Positions 40,192 through 49,116 of a stretch of DNA of 56,976 nt are shown in pieces. Source of the stretch: Candidatus Staskawiczbacteria bacterium RIFOXYB1_FULL_38_37 (GTDB lineage: Bacteria > Patescibacteriota > Minisyncoccia > Minisyncoccales > Staskawiczbacteraceae). The DNA is taken from contig MHPK01000006.1 in assembly GCA_001822075.1 (NCBI GenBank), forward strand, positions 1 through 56,976. The letters run 5' to 3'. How positions within the stretch are numbered: position 1 is the first letter of the stretch; every line of letters starts with the position of its first letter. The notes under the pieces were generated by a model that did no database searches, was not told where the DNA came from, and was given only the letters and a program-made list of their open reading frames with translations. The position numbers and the translations under genes are program-made.

Positions 40192-41918
40192 GAGTACAAG
40201 ACTCAGGAACGTATTCATCGCCACGTAGCTGATTGGCGATTACTAGCGATTCCGGCTTCATGAGGGCGAGTTGCAGCCCTCAATCCGAACTGAGACCGGC
40301 TTTGATGGGATTAACCTCCGCCTCTCGGCATCGTACCCATTGTACCGGCCATTGTACCACGTGTGCAGCCCAGGTCATCAAAGGGCCATGCGGACTTGGC
40401 GTCATCCTCGCCTTCCTCCCAATTATCTCGGGCAGTCCCCTATGACATTTAAAACATAGGGCAAGGGTTGCGTTCGTTACCCGAATTAACGGTACGTCTC
40501 AAGACACGAACTGACGACAGCCATGCAGCACCTGTGCTAGTGTCTTGTGGAGGGCTCTAATTTCTTAGAGCTTTCACTAGCATGTCAAGACCTGGATAAG
40601 GTTCTTCGTTTGTTGTCGAATTAAGCCACATGGTCCACCGCTTGTGTGAGTCCCCGTCTATTCCTTTGAGTTTTAGTGTTGCCACCGTACTTCCCAGGCG
40701 GAATACTTAACGCGTTAGCTTCGCCACTGGCAGGGTCGACACTACCAATAGCCAGTATTCATCGTTTACAGCGTGGAATACAAGGGTATCTAATCCTTTT
40801 TTCTCCCCACGCTTTCGTCCCTCAGTGTCAGGGTCGTCCCAGCTAACTGCCTTCGCTTTTGGTGTTCCCGACGATATCAACGGATTCCACCCCTACTTCG
40901 TCGGTTCCGTTAGCCTCTAACGCCCTCTAGTATAGCAGTATTGAAAGCATTTCAAAGGTTAAGCCGATGAACTTTAACTTTCAACTTACTATGCCACCTA
41001 CGGACCCTTTACGCCCAATAAATCCGGGTAACGCTTGAGGATTCTGTCTTACCGCTGCTGCTGGCACAGAATTAGCATCCCCTTATTCATGTGGTACTGT
41101 CTCCCCGCCAAAGGCGGGGTTCCTCCCACATAAAAGAACTTTACACCCCGAAGGGCTTCTTCATTCACGTAACGTCGCTCCGTCAGGCTTTCGCCCATTG
41201 CGGAAGATTCTCGACTGCAGCCTCCCGTAGGAGTATGGGCCGTTCTCAGTCCCATTCTTGGGGGTCGCGCTCTCACGCCCCCTACCCGTCATAGACTTGG
41301 TAGGCCGTTACCCTGCCAACTATCTGATAGGCCGCAGGCCAATCTTCAACCGGTAATCCTTGCGGACACCCTTTACCCTTGCGGGACTATCATGAATTAC
41401 CCAACCTTTCGGCTGGCTATACATGTGTTGAAGGTTTGTACCTACGTGTTACTAAGCCGTTCGCCGCTATCCCTTGCGGGATCGCTCGACTTGCATGCCG
41501 GTATCCACGTTACCAGCGTTCACCCTGAGCTAGGATCAAACTCTCAAATATACAGTTTGATTTACTACTCTTGCTTTGAATAAATCCAAAGCAATTAGAA
41601 TAAACTACTAATGTGTTCCCGACAAAAACACAAAGTGTATTTTGACGGGATAATTCGAAACAACTTTAAAAAACTAATTTTATGGTTGTTTATTTATTAA
41701 ATTTAGAATGGTTTTTCTAAATTTAATTTCATATTCAATTATCAATGTTCTTTTTCAGCGGATCAAATTACCGATACGCCGAGTGAAAAAAACACCCGCG
41801 TCCACGATGCAAATGTATTGTATCGGGACGCGGACGTTTTTCAGCTACGAAAACGTTAAATTGTTTTATTTAGTTTTTGCGGTAGTAGAACTTAATACTA
41901 TTTTCAGCTACATTGTCC

Positions 41919-41947
41919 ATATTATTCCATCTAAACCCCAATGTCAA
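41919..41947 (-). promoter_or_regulatory. Putative 16S promoter
   Basis: TTGACA-17 bp-TAATAT. Confidence 0.6.
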
Positions 41948-42008
41948 GCCGTTTATCCAATTTTGCCCAAATTCACCCAATTTTGGTTCTCCTGGCATAA
42001 ATATAAAA

Positions 42009-42281
42009 TTAATCATATAACTTGCTGTGTTTTGCAATCATTAAGAATAAAACTGTGTTCTTATCTACCTGTTCGTATATTGCCCTAATATCGCCAGTTA
42101 TATTAACACTTCGCAGATTCTTCATTTCTCCACGTAATTGGTGATTATTCAAAATCGGATTGAAAGGATTTATTTCAAATAATCCTAACCTTTCCTCGAA
42201 ATTCTTTTTAATTTTAACAGAAAGTTTTTTATATTGTTTCTTGAAGTTTTTACTAGAAACAATATCCATATTATTTTTCAT
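42009..42281 (-). CDS. RelE/YafQ-superfamily type II toxin
   Basis: FKKQYKKL, LNNHQLRG, RSVNITGDIR, H..LY. Confidence 0.85.
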   Translation of the reverse strand: MKNNMDIVSSKNFKKQYKKLSVKIKKNFEERLGLFEINPFNPILNNHQLRGEMKNLRSVNITGDIRAIYEQVDKNTVLFLMIAKHSKLYD

Positions 42282-42549
42282 TAAGAAGTTTCATGGCTTC
42301 TTTGGCTGACTTCGCAACGATGAAATTTTCCATTTTTCCATCGTGCCACTCTTTACTTACCTTGAGAAGTTCTTTTTCAACCTCCGGTTTTAGTCTTGGC
42401 TCCAAACTAACCGAAAACTTGCGAGTCCTTATAAACTCGCGCAAATGAGCATTTACAATAGTGGAGAGCGGAACCCCCATCTGTGCGGCAATCTTTTTTG
42501 CCTTTGCCTTTTCCGCCTTATCAACCTTAACGTTTAAGATAGTTTTCAT
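42271..42549 (-). CDS. RelB/DinJ-family antitoxin
   Basis: LNVKVD...AKKIAAQMGVPLSTIVN ribbon-helix-helix; overlaps the toxin gene. Confidence 0.85.
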   Translation of the reverse strand: MKTILNVKVDKAEKAKAKKIAAQMGVPLSTIVNAHLREFIRTRKFSVSLEPRLKPEVEKELLKVSKEWHDGKMENFIVAKSAKEAMKLLNEK

Positions 42550-42617
42550 AATGTATCTGTTGTATATATAATAGTTATATTTTTATCTTATTCTATCTAA
42601 ACCCCAATGTCAATACC

Positions 42618-43409
42618 TCAACGTTTGTTCCAGTAGTTGATTATTTTTTGCCTTCGGCGGTCAATGGAATCTGTTGAGGCGATGCCGGGGCCTGCAATGC
42701 ACCCGCCGTTGCAATTTAAGATGTCTAACAGTTTTAGCTCGGTCTTATTTGCAAACTCCTTCAAGGTTTTTTCTACCAATTCTGGCCCTGAAACAACGTC
42801 ATATTCTGGATCAGTAAATTTTTCTATAATGCCAGCTGACTGCGACAGCCCGCCAGACACAGGGTAAAGCCTTGTGGGTACTGCTTTAATATCAAAAACA
42901 GCTAACATATCCCGTTTTTCTGGCCGAATTTTTTCTATATCAAAAACTATTTTTAATTCTTTGTATGTTAAAACTAAAATATCAAGTTCCGGCCTGTCTT
43001 CTGAAGCTTCCAGCTTTTTCATTATGCAAGGGCCAATAAAAACTTTTTTACAGCCTGGATATTTTTTATTGCAAATTTTGGCTGTAGCTGACATGGGAGA
43101 ATCAATGGGGCTCAAATATTGAAAAAGCTCAGGATATTTGTTTCTTATTATGCGCACAACTGTTGGGCATGGGTTTGTAATATAGCGCCTGTCGGGGTGA
43201 AGCTTTGTTAAAGCTAAAAGCTGTTTGTTTGTTTCTTCGGCTCCCCTTGCCACTTCCGCAACATATTTAAATCCCATGCGCTTTAACATTCCCACAATTT
43301 GCGGATATTCAAAAACCACGGGAAAAGACGGGGCAAGCATTGCCACTATCTTTTCATTTTTATGAATTAGGCTAAAAAGTTTTTTTATATCCGGGCTGAA
43401 ACTCTCCAT
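42618..43409 (-). CDS. Stand-alone [FeFe]-hydrogenase H-cluster domain protein
   Basis: LAPS, TNPCP, IGPCIMKKLEA, CNGGCIAGPG. Confidence 0.8.
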   Translation of the reverse strand: MESFSPDIKKLFSLIHKNEKIVAMLAPSFPVVFEYPQIVGMLKRMGFKYVAEVARGAEETNKQLLALTKLHPDRRYITNPCPTVVRIIRNKYPELFQYLSPIDSPMSATAKICNKKYPGCKKVFIGPCIMKKLEASEDRPELDILVLTYKELKIVFDIEKIRPEKRDMLAVFDIKAVPTRLYPVSGGLSQSAGIIEKFTDPEYDVVSGPELVEKTLKEFANKTELKLLDILNCNGGCIAGPGIASTDSIDRRRQKIINYWNKR

Positions 43410-43999
43410 GTTTTATTTTTATAGAAATAAAAAATAATAAGCGAAATCAATCCTCCTGCCAAAGCTGTGGCAAGTTGGTTTAACCCCATTGCCTGCAAAA
43501 AAACAGCTGGCACAATAGAAAGCTTAAAATAAATATTTGCAATCAAAAATAAAAATAAAAACTTTGCTAATGCGGGCAAGCCAATTAGAGACCCGACCTC
43601 TAAAAGCTTGCTAAATACGTTTTTCAAATTAGAAGAGGTCGGGTCTCTTTTAAGCTTAAATTCGTAAATTTTTTTAAAAACCAGAATTAAAATTAAATTT
43701 CCCAGCCATATAAACGGCAAAAAATAAACTAAAAAATAAGTAAACGGACCAAAAACCAAACCTCTTGCCAAAACACCCAAACTAGGCAAAACAGCCAATG
43801 GAATATAATATTTTTTAGGAAGATACACCGCGCCCAAAAACAAACAAGCATTAACAATTGTTCCAACAAGCCACTGCGGATGCCCAAAAGCAAACGGCGC
43901 AAAAAATGATAAAATTGATACCGATGCGAAAACCAAATTAGCTTTCATCTCCGAAATTTGCAACGGCAAGCTTAATGTTATTTCTTTTTCTTGTTTCAC
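43385..43999 (-). CDS. Membrane protein, ECF S-component-like
   Basis: QWLVGTIVNA, PFIWLGN, QLATALAG; GTG start supplied by an inserted element. Confidence 0.65.
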   Translation of the reverse strand: MKQEKEITLSLPLQISEMKANLVFASVSILSFFAPFAFGHPQWLVGTIVNACLFLGAVYLPKKYYIPLAVLPSLGVLARGLVFGPFTYFLVYFLPFIWLGNLILILVFKKIYEFKLKRDPTSSNLKNVFSKLLEVGSLIGLPALAKFLFLFLIANIYFKLSIVPAVFLQAMGLNQLATALAGGLISLIIFYFYKNKTWRVSARI

Positions 44000-44099
44000 C
44001 CCGTTAGAAGTCTGTTTTATATGATAAAAGTATCAATTTAAACAGAACTTTGTTGGTTTGATATACCCCGTTCGTGCATATTTATAACTTCTAACGGGG
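43999..44099. mobile_element. MITE-like element, CCCCGTTAGAAGT terminal inverted repeats
   Basis: TIRs at both ends, flanked by ttca direct repeats. Confidence 0.75.
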
Positions 44100-44126
44100 T
44101 TCATATAATTCATTATATCAAAAATT

Positions 44127-44954
44127 TTATTTTTCTTCTTCTTTTTGTTTTTCTCTTTCAGCAACAAACTCCTTTACATCCTCATAACTCATCTGCTTCG
44201 GCCACCAAAGGTTTCCATCAACATCATAAATAGGAACCCAATAATTCTCTTCTATATTTTCTTGCACAGTTCGAGAAAGTTCTTCGCCTCGCTGCAATTT
44301 CATTGTTTGTTCTTCTCCTGTTTCTTCCTCTATTTTCTTTTCCTGTTGACTGACATTAAATACTATCCCATCAAACGAACGAGGTGCCACCCTAAAAGTT
44401 GCAACATATCCTTCTGCTGGAGGAGGGTTCGGCAAACCAACTGTCGGCCCGAATGTACGCGCTTTAATTTGTTCGTCTGTATGATACTCCCCGCCATCAT
44501 ATTTTTTTAAAAATTTTGTTGTGAAAATAATACCAAGAGTATTCGGACAATCCATCCACGGAGCATTCTTAATTTTATCAATATCTCCACCAACGACATT
44601 AAAAAATATTTCCAAGCGTTTTCTTTTTTTAGCTCTTTCCGCCCATTGTTCCTTGGTCAATTTTTCTCCGTGTAAATAAGATTTCCACAGCTCATGTCCC
44701 AAAAGTCCCTCTTTCAAAATTCTTGGTAAAACTTCATCCATCGAAATTTTTATATTACCAGATTTGTCATAAATATTTTTGAGACCATGGATTGCTGTCC
44801 CCTTTTCATTTATATCCTTAACTTTCGCCATTACTTTTTCAATCACTTCGTGCGAGAGTTCTTGGTCAATTTGAGATTCCATTTTTATTTCGGAATGTTG
44901 TTCGGCGGTTCCCTCCTGCTGATTTTCGTCTCTGTTTTCAAAATTTTCTGGCAT
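44127..44954 (-). CDS. Hypothetical protein
   Basis: 275-aa ORF with acidic N-terminus; no family recognised. Confidence 0.75.
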   Translation of the reverse strand: MPENFENRDENQQEGTAEQHSEIKMESQIDQELSHEVIEKVMAKVKDINEKGTAIHGLKNIYDKSGNIKISMDEVLPRILKEGLLGHELWKSYLHGEKLTKEQWAERAKKRKRLEIFFNVVGGDIDKIKNAPWMDCPNTLGIIFTTKFLKKYDGGEYHTDEQIKARTFGPTVGLPNPPPAEGYVATFRVAPRSFDGIVFNVSQQEKKIEEETGEEQTMKLQRGEELSRTVQENIEENYWVPIYDVDGNLWWPKQMSYEDVKEFVAEREKQKEEEK

Positions 44955-45019
44955 ATAAGGTTATTTATGAAATAAATTACACTTACGCCGCAAAGATATT
45001 GCGGCGATGCATTTATTGT

Positions 45020-45214
45020 TTATTTTTTCCTGCCTGCGCCAGCAGGCCAGTCTTCTATTGTTATTTTACCGCCTTTTAAATTCAAAACAACTTTTTGGCG
45101 CTCTTTCAACTTTAATTCTTTGACCATTTCAACCGGAATTGTCACACATAAACTTGTTTTTCCCACCCTTGTCAGTTTTCTTATGTTTTTTTCGCTTTCT
45201 TTTTTATCTGACAT
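45020..45214 (-). CDS. AbrB/MazE-family DNA-binding protein
   Basis: RKLTRVGKTSLCVTIP..MVKELKL. Confidence 0.85.
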   Translation of the reverse strand: MSDKKESEKNIRKLTRVGKTSLCVTIPVEMVKELKLKERQKVVLNLKGGKITIEDWPAGAGRKK

Positions 45215-45234
45215 ATTTTACAAATTAGGAATAC

Positions 45235-45258
45235 GTATTTGAATACGTATTCAAATAC
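45235..45258. promoter_or_regulatory. 24-bp perfect palindrome, candidate operator
   Basis: gtatttgaatac|gtattcaaatac just upstream of the AbrB-like gene. Confidence 0.6.
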
Positions 45259-45262
45259 TTAC

Positions 45263-46072
45263 CTAAACTACATTAAACCGACTATTTTTGTATTCCCAAT
45301 TTTTGATTAAATGAGAATATTTATTTTCTAATTTTAAATAATCTTCTTTCAAAAGCAACTGCAATTTTATATTTGGATATAATTTTCTAAATTTTTCGTC
45401 CCTTATTTTTGAGTATTTCCAAAGAAAATTTTTGACTTCAATATATTTATTAAATTTTGGAAGATAAAAATCCGGCGTATAGCTTTGAGAGCCCAAATCA
45501 AATGTTTTCGGCTCGTATTTCCATTCAACGCCCAAATAATTTTGCAAACGAGCATAATTCGCTTCCCACCGGCTATAAAAATAAATCGAATTGCTTATGT
45601 CTTTTCTAATCCCCGCCTTGCCTCTTGAAGCCTTGGGCGAGGTAGGTTTGCCACCCGTTACTGCCATATGACATTTATTACTACAATATTTTCTGTTTGC
45701 CCATTCAATTGCTACAAATTTTTTTCGACATTTTGGATTAGCGCATATAATCTCAACCCGTGGAACTTTCAATATTCCTTTATACGGACTCTTTCTACCC
45801 ATTGAAGCTTTCCCTATCTTTATTTTTGTTTCATCAGATTGAATCCTTCCTAAATTAGAATCTTTTGCGGCACAGCTGTGGTTACAATAAATTTTTGGAT
45901 CACTCGGAGTAGCTTCAAAAAATTTTCTGCAGCATTTACATATTCTTTTTTCTCTTTTTCTTACAGAATCAAAAAGACCCTTTTTCCAATTTTCTTTCAT
46001 TATCGCACTCTGCCTTTCCCTGTATTCTATATTTTTGTAAAAATTTCTAGGCATTAATATATTATACCACAA
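45263..46072 (-). CDS. Putative endonuclease (Cys-rich/NUMOD3-like N-terminus, PD-(D/E)xK C-terminus)
   Basis: CxxC...YC..SC motifs, SDETKIKIG, SRWEAN, YTPDFYLP..YIEVK. Confidence 0.7.
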   Translation of the reverse strand: MWYNILMPRNFYKNIEYRERQSAIMKENWKKGLFDSVRKREKRICKCCRKFFEATPSDPKIYCNHSCAAKDSNLGRIQSDETKIKIGKASMGRKSPYKGILKVPRVEIICANPKCRKKFVAIEWANRKYCSNKCHMAVTGGKPTSPKASRGKAGIRKDISNSIYFYSRWEANYARLQNYLGVEWKYEPKTFDLGSQSYTPDFYLPKFNKYIEVKNFLWKYSKIRDEKFRKLYPNIKLQLLLKEDYLKLENKYSHLIKNWEYKNSRFNVV

Positions 46073-46124
46073 AATAAAATCCCGAAAAATATCTCAGGAT
46101 TTTATTCTACTTTACAAAATATTG

Positions 46125-46196
46125 AGCCGATGGTCGGATTTGCACCGACAACCTATACTTTACAAAAGTATTGCTCTGCTGTTGAGCTACATCGGC
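46125..46196 (-). tRNA. tRNA-Thr(UGU)
   Basis: GCCGAUG/CAUCGGC acceptor stem, AUACU-UUUGUAA-AGUAU anticodon arm. Confidence 0.88.
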
Positions 46197-46203
46197 AGAG
46201 TAA

Positions 46204-46521
46204 TTATTTCTTATCTTTTAGCTCTTTGTCAATTTTTTGGGCGTTTTTTCTTATGCCGTGCATCACAGAATCAATCTTAGATTCAACCTTAAGCGTTAAA
46301 ACCCTGACCCACGAAAGAATCTTGTGCAAAAAAATCTGCCTTTTGAATACAAGCAAAAAACTATTTATCTTCTCTTGTATTTTAGGCGCAAAACCAGAAC
46401 CTGGCAAAACAGTTTTTCCGTTTTGCGGCAATTCAACCAAAGCTGGCGCCTTTCTTGAAGAAATAAATACTATCCCTAAAACAGAAATAACAAATATAAT
46501 TGTAACAATAAGCTCAGCCAC
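46204..46521 (-). CDS. Hypothetical membrane protein
   Basis: N-terminal TM; co-oriented after tsf. Confidence 0.65.
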   Translation of the reverse strand: MAELIVTIIFVISVLGIVFISSRKAPALVELPQNGKTVLPGSGFAPKIQEKINSFLLVFKRQIFLHKILSWVRVLTLKVESKIDSVMHGIRKNAQKIDKELKDKK

Positions 46522-46533
46522 TTTATTTATAGT

Positions 46534-47118
46534 TTAAATTTCGTAACGAATGAATTTTTTGACCTCTATATTTTCGCCTATTTTAGCGACAGCTTCTTCA
46601 ATGATGTTTTTTATTGTTTTTGAATCGTCTTTTATCCAGGGCTGTGATAACAAAGAAATTTCCTGCTTATACTTGCTTAATTTGCCTTCTAATATCTGTT
46701 TTACAATGTTTTCCGGTTTTCCTGAATCCTTTATCTGCTCTTTGTGAATTTTTGTTTCTCCGTCTAAAAATTCCTCTGGAATGTCTTCCTCTTTTGCAAA
46801 CAAAGGCTTCATTGCCGCAATTTGCAAACAAATTTCGTGGGATAGCTCTTTAAATTCCGGAGACTTTGCCACAAAGTCAGACTCGCACCTTATATCAAGC
46901 AATACGCCTGTTTTTAAATTGGGGTGCAAATAGCTGTCAATAATGCCCTGCTTTGTTTCACGGCCTAATTTTTTGCCAACCAAACTTTTTCCCCACATGC
47001 GTAAAAGTTCTTTTGCTTTTTCTACGTTGCCATTAGCTTGGTCTAGGGCTTTTTTCACTTCAGACACAGAAACTCCTGTTTCTGCGCGAAGCTCTTTTAT
47101 TTGTTCTATGTCTGCCAT
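46534..47118 (-). CDS. tsf: Elongation factor Ts (short form)
   Basis: IKELRAETG, CESDFVAK, GENI. Confidence 0.95.
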   Translation of the reverse strand: MADIEQIKELRAETGVSVSEVKKALDQANGNVEKAKELLRMWGKSLVGKKLGRETKQGIIDSYLHPNLKTGVLLDIRCESDFVAKSPEFKELSHEICLQIAAMKPLFAKEEDIPEEFLDGETKIHKEQIKDSGKPENIVKQILEGKLSKYKQEISLLSQPWIKDDSKTIKNIIEEAVAKIGENIEVKKFIRYEI

Positions 47119-47119
47119 T

Positions 47120-47815
47120 TTACTCTGGTTTTGAATTTTTAATTGTTTCTGCTACTTTGTCTATTATATACTTTACAGAAGAAATTGCATCATCGTTGGC
47201 GGGTATAACATAATCTGCTGTTGCAGGATTAATGTTTGTATCAACTAAAGCTATAATTTTAATGCCTTTTATTTTTGCCTCTTTGGCCGGTGTTTCATCT
47301 TTGTCTAAGCCGAATATGAATACGGCTTCCGGCAGTTTCTGCATATTTTTTATGCCCTCAAATTTTATTTTCAAAGTTGCCAGTTCTTTATCAAAATTCA
47401 ATCTCTCTTTTTTTGTATATTTTTCAAGCTCGCCAGCTGCCCTCTTTCTTTCTAATTCTTTATAATATGCCACTCTTTTTGATATGGTTTCAAAATTGGT
47501 AAAAGTGCCTCCGAGCCACCTCTCTGTAACATAAGGCATGCCGCATTCTTCGGCTGCATTTTTCACCAAATCTCTCAGCTGAATTTTTGTGCCAACAATC
47601 AAAATTGTTTTGCCCTCTGAAGCAAGTTTTGAAATAAAATCTAAGGCCTTTTCAAGCTCTTTTGCTGTTTTTTCCAAATCAAAAGTGTGGACATTATTTT
47701 TAATGCCAGAAACATATTGCTTCATTGACGGGTGAAGCTTTGAGACTCTGTGGCCAAAATTAACTCCTGCCTTCTCCATTTCCTCAACGTTCAACTTTGC
47801 TGGTTTTATTGCCAT
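47120..47815 (-). CDS. rpsB: 30S ribosomal protein S2
   Basis: AGVNFGH, RWLGGTFTN, DTN, IPANDD. Confidence 0.96.
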   Translation of the reverse strand: MAIKPAKLNVEEMEKAGVNFGHRVSKLHPSMKQYVSGIKNNVHTFDLEKTAKELEKALDFISKLASEGKTILIVGTKIQLRDLVKNAAEECGMPYVTERWLGGTFTNFETISKRVAYYKELERKRAAGELEKYTKKERLNFDKELATLKIKFEGIKNMQKLPEAVFIFGLDKDETPAKEAKIKGIKIIALVDTNINPATADYVIPANDDAISSVKYIIDKVAETIKNSKPE

Positions 47816-47904
47816 TTTAAATAGAAGTTTGCATATAATTATCAGGGGCGAATTTTCGAACCAGATAATTATACAAACCCCGCTCAGCGGGGCTTTACTT
47901 CCGC

Positions 47905-48135
47905 TTATTTCCTTTTCTTTTTTACGCTAACTCTTTTTTTAGACATCCTTTCTTTGAATTTTTGGACTCTTCCCATTGTATCTATAACCTTTTCTGTTTT
48001 TGTATAAAAAGGATGGCACTGCGCGCAAACCTCAGTTTCTATAAATTCCCTTGTAGAACCGACAGCAAACGTGTTCCCGCAGGCGCACTTTACCGACGCT
48101 TTTGAATAATATTTTGGATGTATATCTTTCTTCAT
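47905..48135 (-). CDS. rpmE: 50S ribosomal protein L31 (start re-called at MKKDIHP)
   Basis: IHPKY, CACG, CAQCHPFYT. Confidence 0.95.
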   Translation of the reverse strand: MKKDIHPKYYSKASVKCACGNTFAVGSTREFIETEVCAQCHPFYTKTEKVIDTMGRVQKFKERMSKKRVSVKKKRK

Positions 48136-48297
48136 AAAACATGGAACATAAAACATGAAACAAAAAACGACATCGCCGTTTATTATATATTCCATGCTAT
48201 GTGTTATATGTTTTATATAATAGCAAACTTTTTAATAAAAAGCAATATCTTCAATGTAAATGTTGAATTTAACTCCAAAAATTGTTATATTATTTAA

Positions 48298-49116
48298 ATG
48301 GAACAAGATTTCTCGCAATTTACTCCGGAGGATTGGAAAAATTACAGGCCAGAACCAGAAAGCTCTTCGTCGCCTGCGGGCTCCTCAGGGCGATTATCAC
48401 AGCAAGCTGTGATAATCGAAATACGGGCTGGCACGGGCGGAGACGAGGCCGGGCTTTTTGCTGCAGACTTATACAGGATGTATTCAAAATATGCCCAAAG
48501 CCGCGGCTGGAAGCAACGCGTTTTAGATTCAAGCGCCTCAACAATTGGCGGGTATAAAGAAATAGTTTTTGAGATATCGGGAGCTGGAGCCTATGATAAT
48601 TTGCAAAACGAAGGCGGAGTGCACAGGGTGCAACGGGTCCCGGAAACAGAAAAGCAAGGCAGAGTTCACACTTCAACTGCCACTGTTGCTGTTTTATTAA
48701 AACCTAAAAAAACAGAAATAAACATAAGCCCTGCTGACCTTGAAATTTCAACCTATAAGGCTTCGGGCCCCGGAGGCCAATATGTAAACAAAACAGAGTC
48801 TGCTGTAAGAATTGCGCACAAGCCTTCAGGTCTTGTTGTCACTTGCCAGTCAGAAAGAAACCAGCTTCAAAACAAAGAAACAGCCATGGCTCTTTTGTCA
48901 GCGCGGCTTTTACAAAAACAGGAAGAGTCTGATTTATCAAAATTAACCGAAGAAAGAAGAGAGCAAATCGGCTGGGCAAAACGTTCTGAAAAAATAAGAA
49001 CCTATAATTATCCTCAAAACAGAATAACAGACCACAGAATAAATAAATCCTGGCATAATTTAGAATCAATTCTAAACGGAAATTTAGAGCCTATAATAAA
49101 AACGTTTAGAAAATAA
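48298..49116 (+). CDS. prfA: Peptide chain release factor 1, lacking most of N-terminal domain 1
   Basis: EIRAGTGGDEA, RVPET (PxT), GGQ, IRTYNYPQ. Confidence 0.88.
   Translation: MEQDFSQFTPEDWKNYRPEPESSSSPAGSSGRLSQQAVIIEIRAGTGGDEAGLFAADLYRMYSKYAQSRGWKQRVLDSSASTIGGYKEIVFEISGAGAYDNLQNEGGVHRVQRVPETEKQGRVHTSTATVAVLLKPKKTEINISPADLEISTYKASGPGGQYVNKTESAVRIAHKPSGLVVTCQSERNQLQNKETAMALLSARLLQKQEESDLSKLTEERREQIGWAKRSEKIRTYNYPQNRITDHRINKSWHNLESILNGNLEPIIKTFRK

Larger units (their letters stand above)
38332..41551 (-). rRNA. rrs: 16S rRNA with two introns (ends approximate)
   Basis: AGAGTTTGATCCTAGCTCAG 5' block, CAGCAGCAGCGGTAA, AAGTCGT|AACAAGG, GGATCA 3' block. Confidence 0.95.

Noticed and set aside
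44000-44104. In-frame TGA between the upstream ATG and the 43999 gene as evidence of UGA recoding (code 25)
   Set aside because: TGA ends several ORFs here (e.g. mreD, REase, 42618) and conserved genes show no internal TGA; the stop lies within the inserted element
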